From Eledone cirrhosa (lineage: Eukaryota), in contig OZ024744.1 of the NCBI GenBank assembly GCA_964016885.1, positions 4,030,001-4,094,000 on the forward strand: a stretch of 64,000 nt of DNA, given 5' to 3'. Both the position numbers and the translations under genes were made by a program. Shown piece after piece: positions 1 to 13,220 of the stretch (position 1 is its first letter; the number at the start of each line of letters is the position of its first letter). The notes under the pieces are model-generated. The model searched no databases and was not told the DNA's origin. It saw only the letters and a program-made list of their open reading frames with translations.

Positions 1-2649
1 AGTTCTGAGGGAAGACAAGGTAGAGAAAGATAGCTTGGTGAAGAACGACGTTTTGTGGGAAGACAAGGTAGAGAAAGATATCTTGGTGAAGAACGAAGTT
101 TTGACGGAAGACAAGGTAGAGAAAGATAGCTTGCGAAGAACGAAGTTTTGGGGGAAGACAAGGTAGAGAAAGATAGCTTGGTGAAGAACGAAGTTTTGGG
201 AGGAGACAAGGTAGAGAAAGATATCTTGGTGAAGAACGAAGTTTTGACGGAAGACAAGGTAGTGAAAGATAGCTTGGTGAAGAATGACGTTTTGTGGGAA
301 GACAAGGTAGAGAAAGATAGCTTGGTGAAGAACGAAGTTTTGTGTGAAGACAATCTAGAGAAAGATAGCTTGGTGAAGAACGAAGTTTTGAGGGAAGACA
401 AGGTAGAGAAAGATAGCTTGGTGAATAACGAAGTTTTGGGAGAAGACAAGGTAGAGAAAGATAGCTTGGTGAAGAACGAAGTTTTGGGGGAAGACAAGGT
501 AGAGAAAGATAGCTTGGTGAAGAACGAAGTTTTGAGGGAAGACAAGGTAGCGAAATATAGCTTGGTGAATAACGAAGTTTTGGGGGAAGACAAGGTAGAG
601 AAAGATAGCTTGGTGAATAACGAAGTTTTGGGAGAAGACAAGGTCGAGAAAGATAGCTTGGTGAAGAACGAAATTTTGAGGCAAGACAAGGTAGAGAAAG
701 ATAGCTTGGTGAAGAACGACGTTTTGAGGGAAGACAAAATAGAGAAAGATAGCTTGGTGAAGAACGACGTTTTGTGGGATGACAAGGTAGAGAAAGATGA
801 CTTGGTGAAGAACGAAGTTTTGGGGGAAGACAAGGTAGATAAAGATAGCTTGGTGAAGAACGAAGTTTTGGGGGAAGACAAGGTAGAGAAAGATAGCTTG
901 GTGAAGAACGACGTTTTGAGGGAAGACAAGGTAGAGAAAGATAGCTTGGTGAAGAACGAAGTTTTGGGGAAGACAATGTAGAGGAAGATAGCTTGGTGAA
1001 GAACGAAGTTTTGGGGGAAGACAAGGTAGAGAAAGATAGCTTGGTGAAGAACGAAGTTCTGAGGGAAGACAAGGTAGAGAAAGATAGCTTGGTGAAGAAC
1101 GACGTTTTGTGGGAAGACAAGGTAGAGAAAGATATCTTGGTGAAGAACGAAGTTTTGACGGAAGACAAGGTAGAGAAAGATAGCTTGCGAAGAACGAAGT
1201 TTTGGGGGAAGACAAGGTAGAGAAAGATAGCTTGGTGAAGAACGAAGTTTTGTGGGAGGACAAGGTAGAGAAAGATAGCTTGGTGAAGAACGACGTTTTG
1301 AGGGAAGACAAGGTAGAGAAAGATAGCTTGGTGAAGAACGAAGTTTTGAAGGAAGACAAGGTAGAGAAAGATAGCTTGGTGAAGAATGACGTTTTGTGGG
1401 AAGACAAGGTAGAGAAAGATAGCTTGGTGAAGAACGAAGTTTTGAGGGAAGACAAGGTAGAGAAAGATAGCTTGGTGAATAACGAAGTTTTGGGGGAAGA
1501 CAAGGTCGAAAAAGATAGCTTGGTGAAGAACGAAGTTTTGAGGGAAGACAAGGTAGAGAAAGATAGCTTGGTGAAGAACGAAGTTTTGGGGGAAGACAAG
1601 GTAGAGAAAGATAGCTTGGTGAAGAACGAAGTTTTGAGGGAAGACAAGGTAGAGAAAGATAGCTTGGTGAAGAACGACGTTTTGTGGGAAGACAAGGTAG
1701 AGAAAGATAGCTTGGTGAAGAACGAAGTTTTGGGGGAAGACAAGGTAGAGAAAGATAGCTTGGTGAAGAACGAAGTTTTGAGGGAAGACAAAGTAGAGAA
1801 AGATAGCTTGGTGAAGAACGAAGTTTTGTGGGAGGACAAGGTAGAGAAAGATAGCTTGGTGAAGAACGAAGTTTTGGGGGAAGACAAGGTAGAGAAAGAT
1901 AGCTTGGTGAAGAACGAAGTTTTGGGGGAAGACGAGGTAGAGAAAGATAGCTTGGTGAACAACGAAGTTTTGGGGGAAGACAAGGTAGAGAAAGATAGCT
2001 TGGTGAAGAACGAAGTTTTGGGGAAGACAATGTAGAGAAAGATAGCTTGGTGAAGAACGAAGTTTTGGGGAAGACAAGGTAGAGAAAGATAGCTTGGTGA
2101 AGAACGATGTTTTGAGGGAAGACAAGGTAGAGAAAGATAGCTTGGTGAAGAACGAAGTTTTGAAGGAAGACAAGGTAGAGAAAGATAGCTTGGTGAAGAA
2201 TGACGTTTTGTGGGAAGACAAGGTAGAGAAATATAGCTTGGTGAAGAACGAAGTTTTGAGGGAAGACAAGGTAGAGAAAGATAGCTTGGTGAATAACGAA
2301 GTTTTGGGGGAAGACAAGGTCGAAAAAGATAGCTTGGTGAAGAACGAAGTTTTGAGGGAAGACAAGGTAGAGAAAGATAGCTTGGTGAAGAACGAAGTTT
2401 TGGGGGAAGACAAGGTAGAGAAAGATAGCTTGGTGAAGAACGAAGTTTTGAGGGAAGACAAGGTAGCGAAAGATAGCTTACTGAATAACGAAGTTTTGGG
2501 GGAAGACAAGGTAGAGAAAGATAGCTTGGTGAATAACGAAGTTTTGGGAGAAGACAAGGTCGAGAAAGATAGCTTGGTGAAGAACGAAATTTTGAGGGAA
2601 GACAAGGTAGAGAAAGATAGCTTGGTGAAGAACGACGTTTTGAGGGAAG

Positions 2650-3720
2650 ACAAAATAGAGAAAGATAGCTTGGTGAAGAACGACGTTTTGTGGGATGACA
2701 AGGTAGAGAAAGATGACTTGGTGAAGAACGAAGTTTTGGGGGAAGACAAGGTAGATAAAGATAGCTTGGTGAAGAACGAAGTTTTGGGGGAAGACAAGGT
2801 AGAGAAAGATAGCTTGGTGAAGAACGACGTTTTGAGGGAAGACAAGGTAGAGAAAGATAGCTTGGTGAAGAACGAAGTTTTGGGGAAGACAATGTAGAGA
2901 AAGATAGCTTGGTGAAGAACGAAGTTTTGGGGGAAGACAAGGTAGAGAAAGATAGCTTGGTGAAGAACGGAGTTCTGAGGGAAGACAAGGTAGAGAAAGA
3001 TAGCTTGGTGAAGAACGACGTTTTGTGGGAAGACAAGGTAGAGAAAGATATCTTGGTGAAGAACGAAGTTTTGACGGAAGACAAGGTAGAGAAAGATAGC
3101 TTGCGAAGAACGAAGTTTTGGGGGAAGACAAGGTAGAGAAAGATAGCTTGGTGAAGAACGAAGTTTTGTGGGAGGACAAGGTAGAGAAAGATAGCTTGGT
3201 GAAGAACGACGTTTTGAGGGAAGACAAGGTAGAGAAAGATAGCTTGGTGAAGAACGAAGTTTTGAAGGAAGACAAAATAGAGAAAGATAGCTTGGTGAAG
3301 AACGACGTTTTGTGGGATGACAAGGTAGAGAAAGATGACTTGGTGAAGAACGAAGTTTTGGGGGAAGACAAGGTAGATAAAGATAGCTTGGTGAAGAACG
3401 AAGTTTTGGGGGAAGACAAGGTAGAGAAAGATAGCTTGGTGAAGAACGACGTTTTGAGGGAAGACAAGGTAGAGAAAGATAGCTTGGTGAAGAACGAAGT
3501 TTTGGGGAAGACAATGTAGAGAAAGATAGCTTGGTGAAGAACGAAGTTTTGGGGGAAGACAAGGTAGAGAAAGATAGCTTGGTGAAGAACGGAGTTCTGA
3601 GGGAAGACAAGGTAGAGAAAGATAGCTTGGTGAAGAACGACGTTTTGTGGGAAGACAAGGTAGAGAAAGATATCTTGGTGAAGAACGAAGTTTTGACGGA
3701 AGACAAGGTAGAGAAAGATA
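2650..3720 (+). repeat. Partial local duplication, offset 622 bp (13 monomers minus 2 nt)
   Basis: ORF starts 2909 and 3531 share the NGVL/DIL/T variant order. The KIE-WDD-DDL-VDK run occurs at ~2650 and again at ~3271. A chimeric monomer at 3261-3280 marks the junction. Confidence 0.75.
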
Positions 3721-3909
3721 GCTTGGTGAAGAACGACGTTTTGAGGGAAGACAAGGTAGAGAAAGATAGCTTGGTGAAGAACGAAGTTTTGAAGGAAGAC
3801 AAGGTAGAGAAAGATAGCTTGGTGAAGAATGACGTTTTGTGGGAAGACAAGGTAGAGAAAGATAGCTTGGTGAAGAACGAAGTTTTGAGGGAAGACAAGG
3901 TAGAGAAAG

Positions 3910-6900
3910 ATAGCTTGGTGAATAACGAAGTTTTGGGGAAGATAAGGTCGAAAAAGATAGCTTGGTGAAGAACGAAGTTTTGAGGGAAGACAAGGTAGAG
4001 AAAGATAGCTTGGTGAAGAACGACGTTTTGTGGGAAGACAAGGTAGAGAAAGATAGCTTGGTGAAGAACGAAGTTTTGTGGGAAGACAAGGTAGAGAAAG
4101 ATAGCTTGGTGAAGAACGAAGTTTTGGGGGAAGACAAGGTAGAGAAAGATAGCTTGGTGAAGAACGAAGTTTTGGGGGAAGACGAGGTAGAGAAAGATAG
4201 CTTGGTGAACAACGAAGTTTTGGAGGAAGACAAGGTAGAGAAAGATAGCTTGGTGAAGAACGAAGTTTTGGGGAAGACAATGTAGAGAAAGATAGCTTGG
4301 TGAAGAACGAAGTTTTGGGGGAAGACAAGGTAGAGAAAGATAGCTTGGTGAAGAACGAAGGTTTGAGGGAAGACAAGGTAGAGAAAGATAGCTTGGTGAA
4401 TAACGAAGTTTTGGGAGAAGACAAGGTAGAGAAAGATAGCTTGGTGAAGAACGACTTTTTGAGGGAAGACAAGGTAGAGAAAGATAGCTTGGTGAAGAAC
4501 GAAGTTTTGGGGAAGACAATGTAGAGAAAGATATCTTGGTGAAGAACGAAGTTTTGACGGAAGACAAGGTAGAGAAAGATAGCTTGGTTAAGAATGACGT
4601 TTTGTGGGAAGACAAGGTAGAGAAAGATAGCTTGGTGAAGAACGACGTTTTGTGGGAAGACAAGGTAGAGAAAGATAGCTTGGTGAAGAACGAAGTTTTG
4701 TGGGAAGACAAGGTAGAGAAAGATAGCTTGGTGAAGAACGAAGTTTTGGGGGAAGACAAGGTAGAGAAAGATAGCTTGGTGAAGAACGAAGTTTTGGGGG
4801 AAGACGAGGTAGAGAAAGATAGCTTGGTGAACAACGAAGTTTTGGGGGAAGACAAGGTAGAGAAAGATAGCTTGGTGAATAACGAAGTTTTGGGAGAAGA
4901 CAAGGTAGAGAAAGATAGCTTGGTGAAGAACGATGTTTTGAGGGAAGACAAGGTAGAGAAAGATAGCTTGGTGAAGAACGACGTTTTGAGGGAAGACAAG
5001 GTAGAGGAAGATAGCTTGGTGAAGAACGACGTTTTGTGGGAAGACAAGGTAGAGAAAGATAGCTTGGTGAAGAACGAAGTTTTGGGGGAAGACAAGGTAG
5101 AGAAAGATAGCTTGCGAAGAACGAAGTTTTGGGGGAAGACAAGGTAGAGAAAGATAGCTTGGTGAAGAACGAAGTTTTGGGGGAAGACAAGGTAGAGAAA
5201 GATAGCTTGGTGAAGAACGACGTTTTGAGGGAAGACAAGGTAGAGAAAGATAGCTTGGTGAAGAACGAAGTTTTGAGGGAGACAAGGTAGAGAAAGATAG
5301 CTTGGTGAAGAACGATGTTTTGAGGGAAGACAAGGTAGAAAAAGATAGCTTGGTGAAGAACGACGTTTTGAGGGGAGACAAGGTAGAGAAAGATAGCTTG
5401 GTGAAGAACGAAGTATTGTGGGAAGACAAGGTAGAGAAAGATAGCTTGGTGAAGAACGAAGTTTTGGGGGAAGACAAGGTAGAGAAAGATAGCTTGGTGA
5501 AGAACGAAGTTTTGGGGGAAGACAAGGTAGAGAAAGAGAGCTTGGTGAAGAACGACGTTTTGATGAAAGACAAGGTAGAGAAAGATAGCTTGGTGAAGAA
5601 CGAAGTTTTGGGGAAGACAATGTAGAGAAAGATAGCTTGGTGAAGAACGAAGTTTTGGGGGAAGACAAGGTAGAGAAAGATAGCGTGGTGAAGAACGAAG
5701 TTCTGAGGGAAGACAAGGTAGAGAAAGATAGCTTGGTGAAGAACGAAGTTTTGGGAGAAGACAAGGTAGAGAAAGATATCTTGGTGAAGAACGAAGTTTT
5801 GACGGAAGACAAGGTAGAGAAAGATAGCTTGGTGAAGAATGACGTTTTGTGGGAAGACAAGGTAGAGAAAGATAGCTTGGTGAAGAACGAAGTTTTGTGT
5901 GAAGACAAGGTAGAGAAAGATAGCTTGGTGAAGAACGAAGTTTTGGGGGAAGACAAGGCAGAGAAAGATAGATTGGTGAAGAACGAAGTTTTGAGGGATG
6001 ACAAGGTAGCGAAAGATAGCTTGGTGAATAACGAAGTTTTGGGGGAAGACAAGGTAGAGAAAGATAGCTTGGTGAATAACGAAGTTTTGGGAGAAGACAA
6101 GGTCGAGAAAGATAGCTTGGTGAAGAACGAAATTTTGAGGGAAGACAAGGTAGAGAAAGATAGCTTGGTGAAGAACGACGTTTTGAGGGAAGACAAAATA
6201 GAGAAAGATAGCTTGGTGAAGAACGACGTTTTGTGGGATGACAAGGTAGAGAAAGATGACTTGGTGAAGAACGAAGTTTTGGGGGAAGACAAGGTAGATA
6301 AAGATAGCTTGGTGAAGAACGAAGTTTTGGGGGAAGACAAGGTAGAGAAAGATAGCTTGGTGAACAACGACGTTTTGAGGGAAGACAAGGTAGAGAAAGA
6401 TAGCTTGGTGAAGAACGAAGTTTTGGGGAAGACAGTGTAGAGAAAGATAGCTTGGTGAAGAACGAAGTTTTGGGGGAAGACAAGGTAGAGAAAGATAGCT
6501 TGGTGAAGAACGGAGTTCTGAGGGAAGACAAGGTAGAGAAAGATAGCTTGGTGAAGAACGACGTTTTGTGGGAAGACAAGGTAGAGAAAGATATCTTGGT
6601 GAAGAACGAAGTTTTGACGGAAGACAAGGTAGAGAAAGATAGCTTGGTGAAGAATGACGTTTTGTGGGAAGACAAGGTAGAGAAAGATAGCTTGGTGAAG
6701 AACGATGTTTTGTATGAAGACAAGCTAGAGAAAGATAGCTTGGTGAAGAACGAAGTTTTAGGGGAAGACAAGGTAGAGAAAGATAGCTTGGTGAAGAACG
6801 ACGTTTTGAGGGAAGACAAGGTAGAGAAAGATAGCTTGGTGAAGAACAAAGTTTTGGGGGAAGACAAGGTAGAGAAAGATAGCTTGGTGAAGAACGAAGT

Positions 6901-9900
6901 TTTGAGGGAAGACGAGTTTGAGAAAGATAGCTTGGTGAAGAACGACGTTTTGTGGGAAGACAAGGTAGAGAAAGATAGCTTGGTGAAGAACGAAGTTTTG
7001 GGAGAAGACAAGGTAGAGAAAGATATCTTGGTGAAGAACGAAGTTTTGACGGAAGACAAGGTAGAGAAAGATAGCTTGGTGAAGAATGACGTTTTGTGGG
7101 AAGACAAGGTAGAGAAAGATAGCTTGGTGAAGAACGAAGTTTTGTGTGAAGACAAGGTAGAGAAAGATAGCTTGGTGAAGAACGAAGTTTTGGGGGAAGA
7201 CAAGGCAGAGAAAGATAGATTGGTGAAGAACGAAGTTTTGAGGGATGACAAGGTAGCGAAAGATAGCTTGGTGAATAACGAAGTTTTGGGGGAAGACAAG
7301 GTAGAGAAAGATAGCTTGGTGAATAACGAAGTTTTGGGAGAAGACAAGGTCGAGAAAGATAGCTTGGTGAAGAACGAAATTTTGAGGGAAGACAAGGTAG
7401 AGAAAGATAGCTTGGTGAAGAACGACGTTTTGAGGGAAGACAAAATAGAGAAAGATAGCTTGGTGAAGAACGACGTTTTGTGGGATGACAAGGTAGAGAA
7501 AGATGACTTGGTGAAGAACGAAGTTTTGGGGGAAGACAAGGTAGATAAAGATAGCTTGGTGAAGAACGAAGTTTTGGGGGAAGACAAGGTAGAGAAAGAT
7601 AGCTTGGTGAACAACGACGTTTTGAGGGAAGACAAGGTAGAGAAAGATAGCTTGGTGAAGAACGAAGTTTTGGGGAAGACAGTGTAGAGAAAGATAGCTT
7701 GGTGAAGAACGAAGTTTTGGGGGAAGACAAGGTAGAGAAAGATAGCTTGGTGAAGAACGGAGTTCTGAGGGAAGACAAGGTAGAGAAAGATAGCTTGGTG
7801 AAGAACGACGTTTTGTGGGAAGACAAGGTAGAGAAAGATATCTTGGTGAAGAACGAAGTTTTGACGGAAGACAAGGTAGAGAAAGATAGCTTGGTGAAGA
7901 ATGACGTTTTGTGGGAAGACAAGGTAGAGAAAGATAGCTTGGTGAAGAACGATGTTTTGTATGAAGACAAGCTAGAGAAAGATAGCTTTGTGAAGAACGA
8001 AGTTTTAGGGGAAGACAAGGTAGAGAAAGATAGCTTGGTGAAGAACGACGTTTTGAGGGAAGACAAGGTAGAGAAAGATAGCTTGGTGAAGAACAAAGTT
8101 TTGGGGGAAGACAAGGTAGAGAAAGATAGCTTGGTGAAGAACGAAGTTTTGAGGGAAGACGAGTTTGAGAAAGATAGCTTGGTGAAGAACGACGTTTTGT
8201 GGGAAGACAAGGTAGAGAAAGATAGCTTGGTGAAGAACGAAGTTTTGTGGGAAGACAAGGTAGAGAAAGATAGCTTGGTGAAGAACGAAGTTTTGGGGGA
8301 AGACAAGGTAGAGAAAGATAGCTTGGTGAAGAACGAAGTTTTGGGGGAAGACGAGGTAGAGAAAGATAGCTTGGTGAACAACGAAGTTTTGGGGGAAGAC
8401 AAGGTAGAGAAAGATAGCTTGGTGAAGAACGAAGTATTGGGGAAGACAATGTAGAGAAAGATAGCTTGGTGAAGAACGAAGTTTTGGGGGGAGACAAGGT
8501 AGAGAAAGATAGCTTGGTGAAGAACGAAGGTTTGAGGGAAGACAAGGTAGAGAAAGATAGCTTGGTGAATAACGAAGTTTTGGGAGAAGACAAGGTAGAG
8601 AAAGATAGCTTGGTGAAGAACGACTTTTTGAGGGAAGACAAGGTAGAGAAAGATAGCTTGGTGAAGAACGAAGTTTTGGGGAAGACAATGTAGAGAAAGA
8701 TATCTTGGTGAAGAACGAAGTTTTGACGGAAGACAAGGTAGAGAAAGATAGCTTGGTGAAGAATGACGTTTTGTGGGAAGACAAGGTAGAGAAAGATAGC
8801 TTGGTGAAGAACGACGTTTTGTGGGAAGACAAGGTAGATAAAGATAGCTTGGTGAAGAACGAAGTTTTGTGGGAAGACAAGGTAGAGAAAGATAGCTTGG
8901 TGAAGAACGAAGTTTTGGGGGAAGACAAGGTAGAGAAAGATAGCTTGGTGAAGAACGAAGTTTTGGGGGAAGACGAGGTAGAGAAAGATAGCTTGGTGAA
9001 CAACGAAGTTTTGGGGGAAGACAAGGTAGAGAAAGATAGCTTGGTGAATAACGAAGTTTTGGGAGAAGACAAGGTAGAGAAAGATAGCTTGGTGAAGAAC
9101 GATGTTTTGAGGGAAGACAAGGTAGAGAAAGATAGCTTGGTGAAGAACGACGTTTTGAGGGAAGACAAGGTAGAGAAAGATAGCTTGGTGAAGAACGACG
9201 TTTTGTGGGAAGACAAGGTAGAGAAAGATAGCTTGGTGAAGAACGAAGTTTTGGGGAAGACAAGGTAGAGAAAGATAGCTTGCGAAGAACGAAGTTTTGG
9301 GGGAAGACAAGGTAGAGAAAGATAGCTTGGTCAAGAACGAAGTTTTGGGGGAAGACAAGGTAGAGAAAGATAGCTTGGTGAAGAACGACGTTTTGAGGGA
9401 AGACAAGGTAGAGAAAGATAGCTTGGTGAAGAACGAAGTTTTGAGGGAAGACAAGGTAGAGAAAGATAGCTTGGTGAAGAACGATGTTTTGAGGGAAGAC
9501 AAGGTACAGAAAGATAGCTTGGTGAAGAACGACGTTTTGTGGGAAGACAAGGTAGAGAAAGATAGCTTGGTGAAGAACGAAGTTTTGGGGGAAGACAAGG
9601 TAGAGAAAGATAGCTTGGTGAAGAACGAAGTTTTGGGGGAAGACAAGGTAGAGAAAGAGAGCTTGGTGAAGAACGACGTTTTGATGAAAGACAAGGTAGA
9701 GAAAGATAGCTTGGTGAAGAACGAAGTTTTGGGGAAGACAATGTAGAGAAAGATAGCTTGGTGAAGAACGAAGTTTTGGGGGAAGACAAGGTAGAGAAAG
9801 ATAGCTTGGTGAAGAACGAAGTTCTGAGGGAAGACAAGGTAGAGAAAGATAGCTTGGTGAAGAACGAAGTTTTGGGAGAAGACAAGGTAGAGAAAGATAT

Positions 9901-12900
9901 CTTGGTGAAGAACGAAGTTTTGACGGAAGACAAGTTAGAGACAGATAGCTTGGTGAAGAATGACGTTTTGTGGGAAGACAAGGTAGAGAAAGATAGCTTG
10001 GTGAAGAACGAAGTTTTGTGTGAATACAAGGTAGAGAAAGATAGCTTGGTGAAGAACGAAGTTTTGGGGGAAGACAAGGCAGAGAAAGATAGATTGGTGA
10101 AGAACGAAGTTTTGAGGGATGACAAGGTAGCGAAAGATAGCTTGGTGAATAACGAAGTTTTGGGGGAAGACAAGGTAGAGAAAGATAGCTTGGTGAATAA
10201 CGAAGTTTTGGGAGAAGACAAGGTCGAGAAAGATAGCTTGGTGAAGAACGAAATTTTGAGGGAAGACAAGGTAGAGAAAGATAGCTTGGTGAAGAACGAC
10301 GTTTTGAGGGAAGACAAAATAGAGAAAGATAGCTTGGTGAAGAACGACGTTTTGTGGGATGACAAGGTAGAGAAAGATGACTTGGTGAAGAACGAAGTTT
10401 TGGGGGAAGACAAGGTAGATAAAGATAGCTTGGTGAAGAACGAAGTTTTGGGGGAAGACAAGGTAGAGAAAGATAGCTTGGTGAACAACGACGTTTTGAG
10501 GGAAGACAAGGTAGAGAAAGATAGCTTGGTGAAGAACGAAGTTTTGGGGAAGACAATGTAGAGAAAGATAGCTTGGTGAAGAACGAAGTTTTGGGGGAAG
10601 ACAAGGTAGAGAAAGATAGCTTGGTGAAGAACGAAGTTTTGGGGGAAGACAAGGTAGAGAAAGATAGCTTGGTGAAGAACGAAGTTTTGGGGAAGACAAT
10701 GTAGAGAAAGATAGCTTGGTGAAGAACGAAGTTTTGGGGAAGACAAGGTAGAGAAAGATAGCTTGGTGAAGAACGACGTTTTGAGGGAAGACAAGGTAGA
10801 GAAAGATAGCTTGGTGAAGAACGAAGTTTTGAAGGAAGACAAGGTAGAGAAAGATAGCTTGGTGAAGAATGACGTTTTGTGGGAAGACAAGGTAGAGAAA
10901 GATAGCTTGGTGAAGAACGAAGTTTTGAGGGAAGACAAGGTAGAGAAAGATAGCTTGGTGAAGAACGAAGTTTTGAGGGAAGACAAGGTAGCGAAAGATA
11001 GCTTGGTGAATAACGAAGTTTTGGGGGAAGACAAGGTCGAAAAAGATAGCTTGGTGAAGAACGAAGTTTTGAGGGAAGACAAGGTAGAGAAAGATAGCTT
11101 GGTGAAGAACGAAGTTTTGGGGGAAGACAAGGTAGAGCAAGATAGCTTGGTGAAGAACGAAGTTTTGAGGGAAGACAAGGTAGCGAAAGATAGCTTGGTG
11201 AATAACGAAGTTTTGGGGGAAGACAAGGTAGAGAAAGATAGCTTGGTGAATAACGAAGTTTTGGGAGAAGACAAGGTCGAGAAAGATAGCTTGGTGAAGA
11301 ACGAAATTTTGAGGGAAGACAAGGTAGAGAAAGATAGCTTGGTGAAGAACGATGTTTTGAGGGAAGACAAAATAGAGAAAGATAGCTTGGTGAAGAACGA
11401 CGTTTTGTGGGATGACAAGGTAGAGAAAGATGACTTGGTGAAGAACGAAGTTTTGGGGGAAGACAAGGTAGATAAAGATAGCTTGATGAAGAACGAAGTT
11501 TTGGGGGAAGACAAGGTAGAGAAAGATAGCTTGGTGAAGAACGACGTTTTGAGGGAAGACAAGGTAGAGAAAGATAGCTTGGTGAAGAACGAAGTTTTGG
11601 GGGAGGACAAGGTAGAGAAAGATAGCTTGGTGAAGAACGGAGTTCTGAGGGAAGACAAGGTAGAGAAAGATAGCTTGGTGAAGAACGACGTTTTGTGGGA
11701 AGACAAGGTAGAGAAAGATATCTTGGTGAAGAACGAAGTTTTGACGGAAGACAAGGTAGAGAAAGATAGCTTGCGAAGAACGAAGTTTTGGGGGAAGACA
11801 AGGTAGAGAAAGATAGCTTGGTGAAGAACGAAGTTTTGTGGGAGGACAAGGTAGAGAAAGATAGCTTGGTGAATAACGAAGTTTTGGGGAAGATAAGGTC
11901 GAAAAAGATAGCTTGGTGAAGAACGAAGTTTTGAGGGAAGACAAGGTAGAGAAAGATAGCTTGGTGAAGAACGACGTTTTGTGGGAAGACAAGGTAGAGA
12001 AAGATAGCTTGGTGAAGAACGAAGTTTTGTGGGAAGACAAGGTAGAGAAAGATAGCTTGGTGAAGAACGAAGTTTTGGGGGAAGACAAGGTAGAGAAAGA
12101 TAGCTTGGTGAAGAACGAAGTTTTGGGGGAAGACGAGGTAGAGAAAGATAGCTTGGTGAACAACGAAGTTTTGGAGGAAGACAAGGTAGAGAAAGATAGC
12201 TTGGTGAAGAACGAAGTTTTGGGGAAGACAATGTAGAGAAAGATAGCTTGGTGAAGAACGAAGTTTTGGGGGAAGACAAGGTAGAGAAAGATAGCTTGGT
12301 GAAGAACGAAGGTTTGAGGGAAGACAAGGTAGAGAAAGATAGCTTGGTGAATAACGAAGTTTTGGGAGAAGACAAGGTAGAGAAAGATAGCTTGGTGAAG
12401 AACGACTTTTTGAGGGAAGACAAGGTAGAGAAAGATAGCTTGGTGAAGAACGAAGTTTTGGGGAAGACAATGTAGAGAAAGATATCTTGGTGAAGAACGA
12501 AGTTTTGACGGAAGACAAGTTAGAGAAAGATAGCTTGGTGAAGAATGACGTTTTGTGGGAAGACAAGGTAGAGAAAGATAGCTTGGTGAAGAACGACGTT
12601 TTGTGGGAAGACAAGGTAGAGAAAGATAGCTTGGTGAAGAACGAAGTTTTGTGGGAAGACAAGGTAGAGAAAGATAGCTTGGTGAAGAACGAAGTTTTGG
12701 GGGAAGACAAGGTAGAGAAAGATAGCTTGGTGAAGAACGAAGTTTTGGGGGAAGACGAGGTAGAGAAAGATAGCTTGGTGAACAACGAAGTTTTGGGGGA
12801 AGACAAGGTAGAGAAAGATAGCTTGGTGAATAACGAAGTTTTGGGAGAAGACAAGGTAGAGAAAGATAGCTTGGTGAAGAACGATGTTTTGAGGGAAGAC

Positions 12901-13220
12901 AAGGTAGAGAAAGATAGCTTGGTGAAGAACGACGTTTTGAGGGAAGACAAGGTAGAGGAAGATAGCTTGGTGAAGAACGACGTTTTGTGGGAAGACAAGG
13001 TAGAGAAAGATAGCTTGGTGAAGAACGAAGTTTTGGGGGAAGACAAGGTAGAGAAAGATAGCTTGCGAAGAACGAAGTTTTGGGGGAAGACAAGGTAGAG
13101 AAAGATAGCTTGGTGAAGAACGAAGTTTTGGGGGAAGACAAGGTAGAGAAAGATAGCTTGGTGAAGAACGACGTTTTGAGGGAAGACAAGGTAGAGAAAG
13201 ATAGCTTGGTGAAGAACGAA
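3910..13220 (+). repeat. Dispersed higher-order copy pair: ~3910-5270 and ~11860-13220 (offset 7951 bp)
   Basis: ORFs 3962/11913, 4297/12248 and 4536/12487 all differ by 7951. Both copies carry TTGGAGGAA (~4220, ~12171) and GTAGAGGAAG (~5001, ~12952). Confidence 0.85.
5710..8246 (+). repeat. Tandem higher-order duplication, 1247-bp unit (26 monomers minus 1 nt)
   Basis: The private variants GACAGTGTAG (6431, 7678) and GAGTTTGAG (6914, 8161), plus TGTATGAA and GTTTTAGGG, recur at a 1247 offset. ORF starts are 6452 and 7699. Confidence 0.9.

Noticed and set aside
146-154. TTTTGGGG (ciliate telomere unit) in many monomers and TTTAGGG in a few (e.g. ~6757)
   Set aside because: It is a single copy per 48 bp, never tandem, and lies at the most variable site of the monomer, so it is most likely coincidental.
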